A DNA stretch of 64,000 nucleotides from Calcarisporiella thermophila CBS 279.70 (Eukaryota; Fungi; Calcarisporiellomycota). Positions within the stretch are counted from its first letter, which is position 1. Every line of letters starts with the position of its first letter. A program made the position numbers and the translations under genes. The stretch is taken from the NCBI RefSeq assembly GCF_041956535.1, contig NW_027192205.1, positions 532,877-596,876 of the forward strand. Direction: 5' to 3'. Positions 39,573-52,498 of the stretch are shown in pieces. The notes below the pieces were generated by a model, which did not search any database, was not told the DNA's origin, and saw nothing but the letters and a program-made list of their open reading frames with translations.

Positions 39573-40619
39573 AGGGCCTGTTTTCTCTCCATACTAGTAA
39601 CGATGGAAAAAAAAAGTCACCACTGAGTATAAATTCCTGATATTTTCCGGATTTTATCGCTATTTTTTTTTAGTTTTTAAAGGATGGAATACATTTTACT
39701 ATTTTCATTAAAGAACACGTGTATGGGAAAACCTCTGTCACGCTGCTTTGTTTTTACGCCCAAATAGGAATAGCGGAAAACAGCGGGGCTCATTTAAGAT
39801 TTCATGCTCAGGGAAATAAACTGTTTTCCTCGCGCATTGATTAGTTTAAGCTCATCTCTGAAATGAATGCTCCTCTCAAGGACAAATGGCTCATTGTTTT
39901 ACACACTGCCTTATTGTGGAGGAGAGGACCATGTAATATTAGCGATCCGCTGGTGCCCATGAGCGCCGCTTCCACAACCTCCGAGCGGCTACCGCGCCGA
40001 ATCATTTCCACATTGAACTCCACACTAGCATTCCAGAGCTTTTGTAACAGCTATATGCAGTTGCTCGCTCCTTTTGCATTATTGCTGCTGCTTTGGGCGT
40101 ATGGCTAGGGAATTGTTGGGTGTCCATGAGCCAACGGTTCAATCCCGCGCGAAAGCAATCTCAGATTTTATCTGACTCGAAATCTGCATCTGGCAGATTA
40201 CGGGCTGTGATTGGAAAATGTGCATCAGATAAACACCGTCATCTTTTATTTTCCCTGTTCCACTTTGTTTATTCTGGGGGTAGGTGAAAATAGGCAAACG
40301 CAGTTTATTTTCATTCATCAATTGCCTACAATTTTTGACATCGATCCAAATCCTCAATCAACACCCCTTTTCTTTCTAACCAACTCCCCCCATCTCTTCT
40401 ACTTACTACATTCGAGTTTTAATCAAGGAGTAGCGACGTAGGAATCGTGCACACTAGAGTAGCTATCGTGATCATATTCGCACATCCTAGTCGTGATCCT
40501 ATTCTCAATCCTCTGATTTTCGGCGCGTTTTTCTTGGAATCCTTTTCAGAGGTAGGATGGAATTGAATGATCAATCCGATCTCTTCCGGAATCTTAGATC
40601 TTTTTTAAATTAGCGTTGT

Positions 40620-43115
40620 TTGATAATAATGTCTCAGCTTTTAAAAGCCATGACAGCCTTCCTCAAGCTCCAACGCGAGCATAGTATTTTCCATAATTTA
40701 TTCGTCTTACTCTGCGTTTTTGCCACACTCTCACTGTTTCTCTGGCCGGCCATCGCATCTTTTTGGCTTGATTTTGATGAAGGTTCCGATGGAGAAGAAA
40801 CAACCGGCTCATCCTCGGATGCTCCAGACACAGAGCGTTTTGGGAATTATTTTGCAAACAAAATGAGCGTATACTTTTTCCTTTCACTGGCAACCGTTTT
40901 AGGGTTTTTGTGGATAATCTGGAGAATACACTATCATCGCTATTCGCGACGCCAGCAATTTCATCAGAATTATAAATCTAAGAACACGAAAACAGATGCA
41001 AAGTTGGGTTCGACAGCAGGAAGCTGGACTGAAATTTTTAGTTCCCGTTCTCAATCTCTTCCCGATTTCCCTAGTGTGCGGGTACAAACACTAAAAGGGA
41101 AGCATATCGCGGATGTAGAATGTTTGGAAGCTTGCCATCGAGGAATCCTCGTCTCGTGCGGACTCGACGGCCGAGTCGTGGTCTGGGATGCAAAGCGAGC
41201 TGTTTGGACTCGCCATTTGGATAAGGTAGTGCAGCAAACAGGAGGTCGGTGGGTGGGCTTACCAAATGATAAACTACAACCAGCAGCCAATACAGGCGGG
41301 GCGGAAAAAACCATAAGAAGGCTGCTAGACAGAATATCTGTACGTTGTGCCAAAATTGATCCTAATGGACGCTGGTTTGCGGCTGGATTTGACGATGGCA
41401 CCGTTAGGGTATGGGATATGAACGGAGTTTTGCACCATGAACTCTCCGTCAGCGACGAGCACCTCCAAAACCATCCCCAAAACCATCTCCACCAGCCTGA
41501 TGATGACGACGAGCGGAGAATCGCTTTCATTGTCTATGCGAGCTCAAATGCCGGCCACTCTCACTTTGCATCGGACCCTCACTTCGTCCTCCACAACCAC
41601 CTGATATCCGCCGATCGCTCTGGCTGCCTTAGAGAGTGGGATCTTGTAGGCGGGGTAATGGTGCATGAAGAGAGAAGAGCCGAGGGCGTCAACGCACTTT
41701 GTGTTCTTGAGTCCGTACCCTCTTCCTCCTCTATTGCGCGTAGCTATGTAGTCGCAGGAGGGAAAAACGGCACGCTTCCAGTGTGGGAACGCACCTCTTC
41801 CACTAACGATAAGTCGACCTGGAACTTTCTTTACTCGATCCCCTCTGCCAGCAACACTCCTATTACTTTTGTCACTGGCTCGGCTCCCAGTCATGGTGCT
41901 CGAGGTCTGCTTGTCGCTGGGACGATGGACGGAGCGGTGTGCACCTATAGCCTAGAATCAGGCGAACCACTATTTGTGCTCAGCATGGGCGGTGTGCGGA
42001 AATCAAAGTGCGCCGACTTGTTCCCAGAATTTTATGGGCGTCCTGCCGTGAAAGAGAATGAGAAGCTAGTGGCCGACGCTGGAGATAGTGTCGCAGTACA
42101 AGCAGAAAGCGAAGGTGACGACGAGGACGAAGGAGTGGGCAACGAGGAAGAAAAAGATGAGGAGGATAAGAACAAAGGACATAGAGGTGCGATTACCGAC
42201 CTCGTTGTAACCCGAATTGCCACAGCTGGTTCAAAAAATGCAAGTGGCGAGCACTGGCTGGTAGCGTCAAGTTCAATGGATGAAACGGTGCGGATATGGC
42301 ACATACGTCCTCGAGAAGAAGGAGATAGCGACAGTCGCACTGCAGAAAAATTCGATCGAAATCAGCAGGATAATCAATATAACCATCGTCGTCGCAAGAA
42401 TAGCAGACAAGGCTTGCAAACTGCCGGCTTATCACCCGGAAATGGAATTAGCACTGCTCTTCTACCGTCGTTGAGATCATCTTCCTCATCACAAAACCCG
42501 TTCCATAACTCCTCTCACTCAGCGATCCCCCGTGGTGCGCGTCCTCCAAAGTTAGAGCACTCGCTTATAGGTGTAGTGGAGCAACCAGGTGCACGCTCCA
42601 TCACCCTCTGTCGCACATATCTTTGTGGAGTGCGTCGCGCTTCTGCTAAAAAATCTTCAGGTTCCCATCATCATATGTCAGCAGAACAGCCTAAACGGCC
42701 TTGGGAGTTGTGGATGGTCGATGCGAGCGCAGAGAAGCTTTACATTCACACCGTTCCACTACAACTTGATCGACTCTATCATTCACCTCGCTCTTCTCAT
42801 AAAGTGATTTGGAAATGGCGGACTGCATGGCCAATCCACTTTAGTTCTCCCGTCTCTGCTCGCGAGCACAAGAAGAAAAGCGAGCCTACGGAAAGGGAGA
42901 ATAGACGGAACCAGATGGATGGGAGTATGTTTGAGCAAGCAAGGTGGACGGCCGAAGAATTGGAAGCTGAACGGATGCTTCCTTTTTCATACGTGCGACA
43001 GGTAGTACCTGTTGGAGGAGGGGGAGTGGCATGTGATTTTGGTAACTTTGTAAAGGTAGTGTGGATGGGATCAAGGGCCGGCAGTCGTGATGAGAGTTCG
43101 CGATGGAAGCGGTGA
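40620..43115 (+). CDS. SCAP-like protein: two TM helices + WD40 domain; sterol-sensing N-terminal half not recoverable
   Basis: TM segments followed by TLKGKHIADVECL..GILVSCGLDGRVVVWD; GHRGAITDL; SSSMDETVRIW; RPWELW; LPFSYVRQV..GVACDFGNFVKVV, which resemble the fungal SCAP C-terminus. Confidence 0.75.
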   Translation: MIIMSQLLKAMTAFLKLQREHSIFHNLFVLLCVFATLSLFLWPAIASFWLDFDEGSDGEETTGSSSDAPDTERFGNYFANKMSVYFFLSLATVLGFLWIIWRIHYHRYSRRQQFHQNYKSKNTKTDAKLGSTAGSWTEIFSSRSQSLPDFPSVRVQTLKGKHIADVECLEACHRGILVSCGLDGRVVVWDAKRAVWTRHLDKVVQQTGGRWVGLPNDKLQPAANTGGAEKTIRRLLDRISVRCAKIDPNGRWFAAGFDDGTVRVWDMNGVLHHELSVSDEHLQNHPQNHLHQPDDDDERRIAFIVYASSNAGHSHFASDPHFVLHNHLISADRSGCLREWDLVGGVMVHEERRAEGVNALCVLESVPSSSSIARSYVVAGGKNGTLPVWERTSSTNDKSTWNFLYSIPSASNTPITFVTGSAPSHGARGLLVAGTMDGAVCTYSLESGEPLFVLSMGGVRKSKCADLFPEFYGRPAVKENEKLVADAGDSVAVQAESEGDDEDEGVGNEEEKDEEDKNKGHRGAITDLVVTRIATAGSKNASGEHWLVASSSMDETVRIWHIRPREEGDSDSRTAEKFDRNQQDNQYNHRRRKNSRQGLQTAGLSPGNGISTALLPSLRSSSSSQNPFHNSSHSAIPRGARPPKLEHSLIGVVEQPGARSITLCRTYLCGVRRASAKKSSGSHHHMSAEQPKRPWELWMVDASAEKLYIHTVPLQLDRLYHSPRSSHKVIWKWRTAWPIHFSSPVSAREHKKKSEPTERENRRNQMDGSMFEQARWTAEELEAERMLPFSYVRQVVPVGGGGVACDFGNFVKVVWMGSRAGSRDESSRWKR

Positions 43116-43413
43116 AGTTATTTTGTAAGAATTTTTTTAAAGGCTTTAATTGTACACTTATTTCTCCGCTTCTTTCTGTTTTTATTTTTTTTATTCTCAA
43201 AAGCGCGTTTGAATTTTCATTCTTTTTTTTTATTCCAACTCTTGTATATATCGCTTTAAAAATAAATATTTTGGAATATATCCATATATCCTTATACATG
43301 GCATGACAAGTTCATCCTAAGAATATAATTTGTTGATATCTGTTAAGGTGTTGTCAATGGGACTGACAATGCAATATTTATTCAATGGTGGCAAATTAAA
43401 CCAAATGCAAACA

Positions 43414-46400
43414 CTAGGTTATAAATATAGGAGACGGGGGAACCGGCGATGTTGCTCGAGCAATATCAGCCATCATACCACTATCCATTCCTGACTGTAA
43501 TTGCAGTTGCTTTGGTACTTTTTTTTGACTACTCTGGGCTTCCTTGGAGACGTTCTCTTCAGATCGAAGATGGCTTCCGGCATCAATGGACTCGTCTGAA
43601 TCAGCCATCGTATCCCACTGTTCACGTAGCTGGTCTATTTCGGCAGTCAGGTCTCTTATAGAGGAAGGAAATTCACCAAAAGGTTCATTGGCCGAATGTG
43701 CAACGCCTTCTTGCTTCGAATTATCTGTTGTAGAAGCTAAGTTTTTCTTCTCTTCTGAGTTTACTGGACTTGTCTCTCCCAGCACTGGCTCTATTTGAGT
43801 CTCATTAGCATTCGAGATTTTTGGCTCCATCTGCGTGTGCACCAATGTCTCTCCTGCAATATCGCCCTTCTCCTTGAGAGATGCTTCAGTAGGTATTTGC
43901 TCTAACGATGTGTTCGTGTCCATTCCAACAGGTGCATCAGGCGCTTGGTGCGATATCATTGTGTCGAGATCTCTCAATTGAAGCGCTGCCACTTTATCAG
44001 TTTGCTCGCCATAATTCTCCAAATTGAACTCTTCGGCGCTCGAGTTTCTTTGTTTCGCTTCAATTTGCTTCCAGAGTTCTTCGTTTAACGCCAACGACTC
44101 TGCTAAATCTGTTCTCGCCTCATCCAACGCCTTCGTTAATGTCGAAATTTCGGCTTGCAGTACGTCATTTTGCTTAACTGAGGAGTTTTTTAGTTCGAGA
44201 TAACGCGTCTGGAGAAGAGAATGTTCTATTTCCATTTTTGCCTTCTCTTCTTGGAGACGGTCTTGATATGCATAGGCCTTGTTTTCAGCATTCGGGCCAG
44301 AAGGCGGGTGCGTTGATAGGGAAGATTGTAATGTTGCATTTTGATCTTGCAGAGTTCCTACTTCCTCAATACTCTGCTTGTGTGCAGCCTTTGCTTCTGC
44401 CAGCTTGACTTCGGCTTCTTTGTTCAGTTTTCTCAGTTCTTCAACCTCTTTTAAGAGTGCCGTTGTCTTTGCTGCGCTCAGATCCAATTCTGCTATAGCG
44501 TGGTTAAGCTGATTCGTCAACTCGGAGACTTGATCGGAGGAAGTGGGTCGCGATTCTCGAAGCCGGTCCGGGTGTAGTGAGCTATTGCTATGTAGGTCTG
44601 TATTGTGCTCTGTTTGAGTGCTCTTTGTGGCTGTTTGTGCCTCTTCGGAAAAGTTCATCAAGATCGTTGCTTCACGCATCAAATTCACTTGCTCTTCCAT
44701 TTCTCCAAAAACTTTGACAACGTCCTCAAGCGCAAGCTCCTTTTCCCTGACTATTTCCTTGAGCCGGTCCAGTTCTTCCTCTTCCGACCTTAGCTTTTGC
44801 TTAAGTGCTGCGTTTTCATTCTTCAGCTCGAGCCTTTTTCGCTCTAATCGCACAATCTGGCCTTTTGCGGTTGTAAGCTCCTTTGTGGCATTATTTGCGA
44901 CCAGCTGTGTCTCTCGCTGCATGTCCTGGAGCGCCTTAAGTTTGCTCTGGAATTTTTCAATGCTCTTTTCCGTTTCCTTATATTGTTCCTGCAATTGAAC
45001 CTGTTGCGCTCGGAGCGCATCCGCCTCTTCCTTCATATTCTTCCACATTTTGTCCAAGTGACGTGCACGATCCCGGGACCGGGTCGCATCGTTTCGCATC
45101 TTTTGCATCTCAATTTTCATGTTGCCTATGACCCTATCCCGTGCAGCAATATCATCTTTCGCTGAAGCAAGTTCCGACTCGAGAGTCTGCATGTCTTGGA
45201 ATGCGTTTGTCCACAACATTTCTGCTTCGTCAGCGCGTTGGTTTGATGCCTGGGCCACGGCTGTTGCTTGGTTCAGCGCAGCCTCGGTACGCTCAACTTT
45301 CTGCCGCAGCAACTCGAGCTCTCCCTCTTCTTCCCTTGAAAGAACTCGGAGAGTTTGAGATGCTTCCTTTGATGCTAGAAGGGCTCTGGCCTCACGTGCT
45401 ACAGATTCTGCCTCTTGGACACGCGCAAGGAGACCTTCTACTCTTTGAAGCAGAGCGGAACACTCGTTCTGGGATGACTCCAGATTTACGGCTACGTTTA
45501 CCGCTCTTTCCTCTGCAGCACTACGTGCCACCTGCTCCTTTTGTAGATCTTGCGATACTCGTTCCAGTCGAGCTCGTAGTGACTCGCTTTCATGAAGACT
45601 ACTCGACAAACTTCTCTCTAGTTCTTTCATCGTTGCAGTGGAATCTGGGTCCTTGGACGAAAAGCGTGTAAAAATGGATAGAAGCGCCTTGTAATAAGCG
45701 GCCTCCTGGACTGCAGCGGCGTAGGCCTGTTCATGCTCGCGGAGCTTCTCGGAGGAATGGGCGTGCACAACAAGGGAATCTTTAGTACGCACTATGTTTG
45801 CTTGAAATTCGCTTATTGCTTCCAGTAATCCCTTCCCCTCCATCTCATGTCCTGATTTTTCTTTTCGAGCAATTTCCTCTTTCCACCACCGCTCTATTTC
45901 TCGGAGTTCAGCAATGACCTTATCGCGTACCCGTATCTCCCTCAATAGTAGTCGTCTCTCTGCTTCAAATGGATCCTCTCCTACTCTACTTGTTAAACAT
46001 ATCCCACCCGCAATTCGTCAATATAATGCTTTTATAATATGCAACCCTTGTACTTACTTTTTCAAGGATTGCCGTTGGGACATTGTTGTTATTCTCATCT
46101 TAGTGCTACTGTCAGAAGGGGTTCTCTGAACTGGTGTAACGACGTTCCGTGGACCATGAGGGAGCGAAATCTCAACGGACTGTGATTTCCGATCGGGTGC
46201 CTGAGTTTCATTAGCACGAACTAATACGTTGTCGTCCTCGACTTTGGGAGAGAATCTCACAGACTTAGGTTGTCCATCTTCGTCCGGTGAAGATCTCTGG
46301 GTTACTGGAACGGGATTCTCGATGGGTTGTAGCTGCGAAGCAGGCTGCCGTTGAGCCGTCGGAAGTGGGGTGAATGGTAAGGGAGATGCAGATCGCTCCG

Positions 46401-48151
46401 GAATAAAAACCGTGCGACGTTGGGCCACCTCGCTCAATGAGTTCTGTTTCATAACTGGTTTAGGAGTTACCGAGTTATCTTTTGGTGGCAGAGGGGGAGT
46501 TGGCAGAGATGAAGCTCTGGTTAAGGTGCTAATGCTATTGGGAGTTGGAGCGATAGTTTGTCTTGAGGTTTGAACAGGTACTCTTCTCACGGGTCCGCTC
46601 TTTGTCACTGGAGGAGGAGCTTCTCCGTTACGTTCTTGTGCATCATTATTGCGAGATGCACTAGGTGTTATATCTGCAGAGTTCGATTGAACTGCGGGGA
46701 GCGAAGTACCATCAATAAGTATGTCGGGAGGATAGCGAATTTTTGACGTATCGAGCAAGTGGATTAGTTTATTTGACTCCGAGTTGGGTTGAGAGAGTTC
46801 GCCTCCCATGACCAGAACTCGCTCATTTATGACCGTTAATGTGTGGAAAGCGCGCGGAGATGGCGATAAACCCATGTTTCGAAACATGAACCATCGGCGA
46901 CCTAGAGTCACCAGAAAGTTAGCACCTGAATACAATCGACAATTCCCGTAACAGCGGTTATACTTTTAATTCGAAAAGCGCATAGGTCTCCCAACTCCAA
47001 CCCTCCCTCCCCCATTCCTCCGAATATATATAGAACGTCGTTGACTATTGCGGCTGAAGATCCAAATCGAGGGGAAGGGACGTAGCCCGTGACAATAATT
47101 TCCTGCCATTTGCCTTGTCTTATGTCAAATGCCCAGATATCATTGAAGAGAATCTTTCCGTCAGTTCCACCAAATCTATTAATAATATATTGTTATATTG
47201 TAAAACGAAATTCATTGATGGATATAATTATTATAGTTACATATATAATATTCCTTCGCTTGCACAAGCTCCATGGTAATATCTTGGAGGTGGCGCATCT
47301 TTGGATTCATGCACATGCCAATTGTACGTGGATACTTCCGCTATGAACAAAGAGACAGTATTAATCTCGGAAGGATGGATGAACTCCGTATTGGATGTTA
47401 CCCGACGGCATCTCGAAGGTAATCAGTTCATTTGTACTTTGATCGTTGACAAGCCCTCCAAACACGTACATTCTTTGGCCGATTGCCGTTGCAGTGTGGC
47501 CCAGTCGAGCCTTGGGTTTGTAGCCTTGAATGGAGGGTATCTTCCATTGAAGCGTTCCTACGAAGTCAATAGGTTCACTAGAGGGGAGCTAAAGCATTAC
47601 TAAAATATAAAGGTACTTGTGTCAAGAATGTAAATATTCTCGTCTGCACCGAGCACATTGGTTTTCCCGCCGAACACTAGACAGAGATTGTGAGATAAAG
47701 CTTTAACACCTCCTGTCAGAATCCGATGCGATGGGCCAACTCACCTAATATATAATCTCCAAGTTTCACCATCGCGTGATTCCCTCGTGGATTCGGGGCG
47801 TCACCCGAAGTACTTAATGCAGTGCAACTCAATGAATCTAAATTGAAGTTAAATTACATTATTTCGTCTATCCCACAAATATATGCATCCATACACACCA
47901 ATGTCCACGACGCAAAGCTCCCCGGCCGCCTTCCCCTTCACAAATCCTCCCAGGGTGTATAATCTACCATCGTTCGTGACGGAAGGTGCGACAGCGTGAG
48001 CTGAGCAGGCGAGGGCGGGGGAGGTTAATTGGATGCTTGTCCAAGGGTATGGGGCTCTGGAGGGTGTTACTGAAGATATAGTTGTGGGGGTAGTAGAAGA
48101 GTGTAAATGTAGAGAGTTTTGTCTGGTGAATTTAGAAAATAGGCGAGTCAT
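43414..48151 (-). CDS. Kelch-repeat + coiled-coil polarity protein (Kel1/Tea1-like), multi-exon
   Basis: Kelch exons (LYTLGGFVKG; PSPRAFHTLTVINERVLVMGGE; LDTSKIRYPP); AVQEAAYYKA segment and a long coiled coil. Confidence 0.85.
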
Positions 48152-48645
48152 AGTGATATTTTTTTACTTTACAAGTACAGAGGGGTTCAAATGAATGCAA
48201 AATGAGGATACTCAAAACAAATCAATGTAATGCCATTTGGGAATGTAGAAAAACGAAATGAGAATGAAGATGTAAGAATTGCTAGGATACAGAAGAAGGA
48301 GGCAGCCGTTTATTTGTTCTCAAATTTCTTTTGCTCTCCCCCATCCCCCCTCCCTCCACCCATATTCCACTTAAGGGAAAGTGGTCAATTATCAGTGCTC
48401 AGTGAGGTGAGGTAAAATTAAAAGCAGTGGGCAACCCTGGAACAATCTATTTCGATTAGAATCGAGACAAGCCCCTCACACTATAGGGTTGAGCAAGGAC
48501 GATGGGTGCAAAAGTGGATCCAAATTATATAGGCCGCATTACTAATTTAAACTTCTGTCAAAACAGGTAATTAATCTAAATGCAGTCACGAGCTGGTAAA
48601 CAGAGAAGTTTGGCCACCGAAATTTTTCTTATCTAACCCTTCTCC

Positions 48646-50598
48646 ATGATAATGTTAGCATTACGTCGAGTTATCACCCCTTCCTCACGGTGTCTCACAC
48701 GATGCCATTCTTCTATGCAAAATTCTTCAACACTAGGCACTGTAAATTCTAAAAAGCCGGCTTTCTGGCCCGCAACAGCCGCAGAAGAAACTGTTAACAA
48801 CAATCAGGAGAGCAGCCAGAGAGAATCAGAAGAATTCATTTTTGGAAAGAAAAGAATCGGCACCGTGTCACTACCAAGACCACTTACTATTGGGATCCGA
48901 AATTTACTACAAGGTATAAATAAAACTCGAATTAAATTGTTAAGATTTAATTAATATATTCCTCCCAGGGCATGATAAACCTTTGATCAGAACCGATGCA
49001 CTTAGAATCTATCAATCATTACGATCCACTGCCAAGCCCGTCACTGAAGATGAACTTAAAAGTAATGCCTGATGATTCAAACTGGATGAGTTCATGCTAG
49101 ATTTTTTAATTTATTTTAGAATTCGATATAAAACCTTCCACCTCCGATCCCCATACTCTTACCTATGGTCTTCGCGAATCCCTCGCATACATTGCGGGAA
49201 GTATGCCTATCACATACGGAGCATTGTTCAATGTTATTGCCGAACTACAGACTCGAATCCCAAAATTTTGTCCACAATCAGTGCTGGATTTTGGAACAGG
49301 ACCAGGAACTGCCATCTGGGCGGCAACAGAAGTATATGGTGATACTCTGCAAAAATTTGTAGGCGTAGATAAGTCAGAAGACATGCTAAGAATTGCCGAA
49401 ACATTGATCACATGTAGGGGAGAAATTATTAGGCGGGATATTTTCTAGTACTAACGTTATATTTACGTTAAAATCTAGCCCATCCAAACCCTCAAAAAAT
49501 CGAATTTCAACAATACCTACCCTATAATCTTAAAGTAAACCGTACCTTGAATTCGTATTTCACTTCATTTTTACTCATTCTTGAGCTGCGTCTTTAAATA
49601 GGAAAAACATGATCTAGTAATCAGTTCTTTCACGTTGGGTGAAATTCCTACCACTTCTGCTCAGAATTCAACGCTCGATGCTCTATGGAACTTAACGGGC
49701 GATGTCTTGGTAAAAACGAATAAACATATAATCTATGTCGTTATTTTCATTATTATTTTATATTTTCTTTAGATTCTAATTGATCGAGGAACTCCCGCAG
49801 GCTTTAACAAGATTGTTACGGCGCGGGATTACATACTAAGAAAAGCAGAAAAGGCAAACGCATTTGAAGAAAAAGAAGACGAAAACACTGAAGTATCAGA
49901 TGCTCATGTCATTGCTCCGGTATGGATTTATTACACATTGAATCCTACCGGACACTACTAACACCGACACAAACTAAAATAGTGCCCACACGATAGGCCG
50001 TGTCCAATGATGAATTCGAAGGAATGGTGCCACTTTTCGCAAAAGGTGCAGCGGCCAGATTTTACGGTACGCCAATATATTTTTTATCCTTCCAGTTATT
50101 AGGATCCTAATTGAATGTCCACGAGCAGATGCGAACAAAACACTCCAAGATCAATTTTGAAGACGCCAAATATTCGTATGTTATTTTACGGAGAGGTACA
50201 AGGCCACAACCGAATGCATTATCAGGTATATATCTTTTTCCCCTTCTCATATCTTAACAAATATCTCATGAACTGTAACGGATTTTACAGATATGCAAAC
50301 TTCTTCTTACTCTTGGCCCCGCCTCGTATTCCCTCCCTTGAAGCGCAACAAGCACGTGGTGATGGATACCTGTTCACAGTCAGGTAATATCGAGCGCATG
50401 GTTATCCCAAAATCGCAGGGAAAAACACAATATCGTGATGCAAGAAAGAGCCACTGGGGCGACTTATTCCCTTGGACCCCCAAAAAAGAACCTACCCTTC
50501 GAAATCTGAAGATGGTAAATTCTACATCTTCGTCGGAAAAGAGGCAGGGAAAGGAGGAGAGAAATATAAATCGTGATATTAACGTAGAAGACCTTTAA
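48646..50598 (+). CDS. RSM22: Mitochondrial small-subunit assembly factor Rsm22/METTL17, multi-exon
   Basis: VLDFGTGPGTAIWA; IDRGTPAGF; APCPHDRPCPM..WCHFSQ; WPRLVFPPLKRNKHVVMDTC; YRDARKSHWGDLFP. Confidence 0.92.
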
Positions 50599-50980
50599 TA
50601 GGCTCTACAGTAATATAGAGTATATATATTATTTATTGCTGTTTTTTAATCCCCGACATCATTCTAATTTCGTAAGTGCAAATAAAATAACAGGCCATCC
50701 CAACAGCGTTCAAAGAGAAAATAAACAATATGCGAAGATAATTCAAGGAAGAAAGAAAGAAAGAAAATAACAGAAAGGGAAAAGGTTGACTTATATGAAT
50801 TTCGATACGTTCGAGATACTAAATTGTTGCGAGTAACGATTTTGAAGGTGGGACACAGTCAGAACATAATAGAAGCGGTAAAAAGAAAAAGAATTAATAA
50901 CAAGAGCCTTAGAGAAGCCTTGAAAGACTTTGCAAATAAAAGCACAGCAGAAAGATAAAAAACGGAAAAGGAAATTTACT

Positions 50981-51637
50981 TTAGAGCATCTCCGACCCAT
51001 CCTCGCTCTGCATTCTCAGCGTCTTCGGTCGAATCCTGCTGACTTATCACGCGCAATACAGATTTCTTACTTGACTCTTGCATTTCGCCAGCGATGAGAA
51101 GTTCATCAAGGATGAAATAGGCCTATTCATCGAAATATTAATCTTCGCCAATAATTTCTGGTGGATTGCACGAAAAAGGGGATACCTTTTGGAAATTAAA
51201 AATCAAATCCAACTCACACACGTTTCCAAAATAGCGATCTAGAATCTCTACGTAACGATGAACAATCTCCAAGGTAATAAGCTCATTATCCCCTTGATTG
51301 ATGGAACAAACAAAAAAGAGGCTCGCGTATCTACGGTAAACCACTTTGGTATCTAATGCACGAAATATAATTGTCACGAATTAACCCCATAAATCAAAAG
51401 TAAGGTCCTACCTTTGTATTCCAAAAAGTTGCACATCTTTGTTCGTCGCGCTAAGACGAGCTGTGTCACCTCTTTGACGATCTTTGACTTTTCTTTGTTG
51501 GGTAGCGTTTGAAACCATTTAGCAAGACGAACTTTGCCTTGTCGACTAACTAGGAATATATAATTTATCTAGATTCAATGTAGAAATTTAGAGCAGATGA
51601 AATAATTAACATTCTATATATTTGCACTCACGCCCAT
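50981..51637 (-). CDS. APS1: AP-1 complex sigma subunit, 4 exons
   Basis: [14 protein letters not shown]; MCNFLEYK; [11 protein letters not shown]; [29 protein letters not shown]; [19 protein letters not shown]. Confidence 0.93.
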
Positions 51638-52498
51638 GATGCTCAGCGCAGATTTTGTGACAATCCTCAACTAGATCATCTGAGAAATAACTAATAGCTA
51701 ATTCTTTTTTTGCTGTGGCTTAGCATAGGAAATTTCTTTTACCCAGCCCATCTATACAGTCTTTTGGGTATAGATTACGAAGTATGAAAGGCTATACAAT
51801 ATCAACATCCCAATATCATTGATATTCAAATTTGACTCTTTTATTTTGCCTATTCTTCAAAGTGGTAAAGCTTATGGTGAATTTTCAAACACAAATATCG
51901 AAAGTTAATTTGGCAGCTCTGATATATCGTACTCGATTTCATAATTATAAAAAATCAATTGCCAAAACTCTAAAATTCTTTCAATAGATACAATTAGGAC
52001 CGAGTGCAATATTCTCATTATGAATTCGTGGTAATATTAAAAATAGTAAAGATATTTTTTCGTCCTAAAAGTAGTTGAAATGTGACTCATATATTTATAT
52101 AATGCGCTTTATTGTGCTTCGCATTAGATAAGATACAAACTGGACAGTCGCATATCTTACTATTGCCAGATAACCAAGGTTAATTTCATCTCAAGATTTT
52201 TTTAAATAACCATCTTAATCCTCATCAAAAATATGAATGATAAAAGAAGAAAGATATATCCTTTTCTTTAACAGACTTGATTCATTTATAATAGATATGC
52301 TTAGCTTTTATTTGCCTACATATAAAAACTGGATTCTGCTGTCATTTCGTGAAGCGCTTAGAACTCAAAATGATCACGGGGGTTAATTGAATATTTTACG
52401 TCATATCATCTGTCATAATCACTCATGCTAGCGTCGAAAGTTCAGTTTAAATTAATTAAAAATTTCCCCACACTTTTATCTCGCTTGTGTATAAGCAA

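Noticed and set aside
39778-39795. aaacagcggggctcatt resembles the RNase MRP 3' conserved region
   Set aside because: No matching GAAAGUCCCC partner upstream (only aaaagtcacc in the SEC21 3' flank), and the intervening DNA is AT-rich and unstructured
51124-51185. APS1 intron starting GTATCCCC, a possible U12-type intron
   Set aside because: Deviates from GTATCCTT and lacks a CCTTAAC branch point near the acceptor
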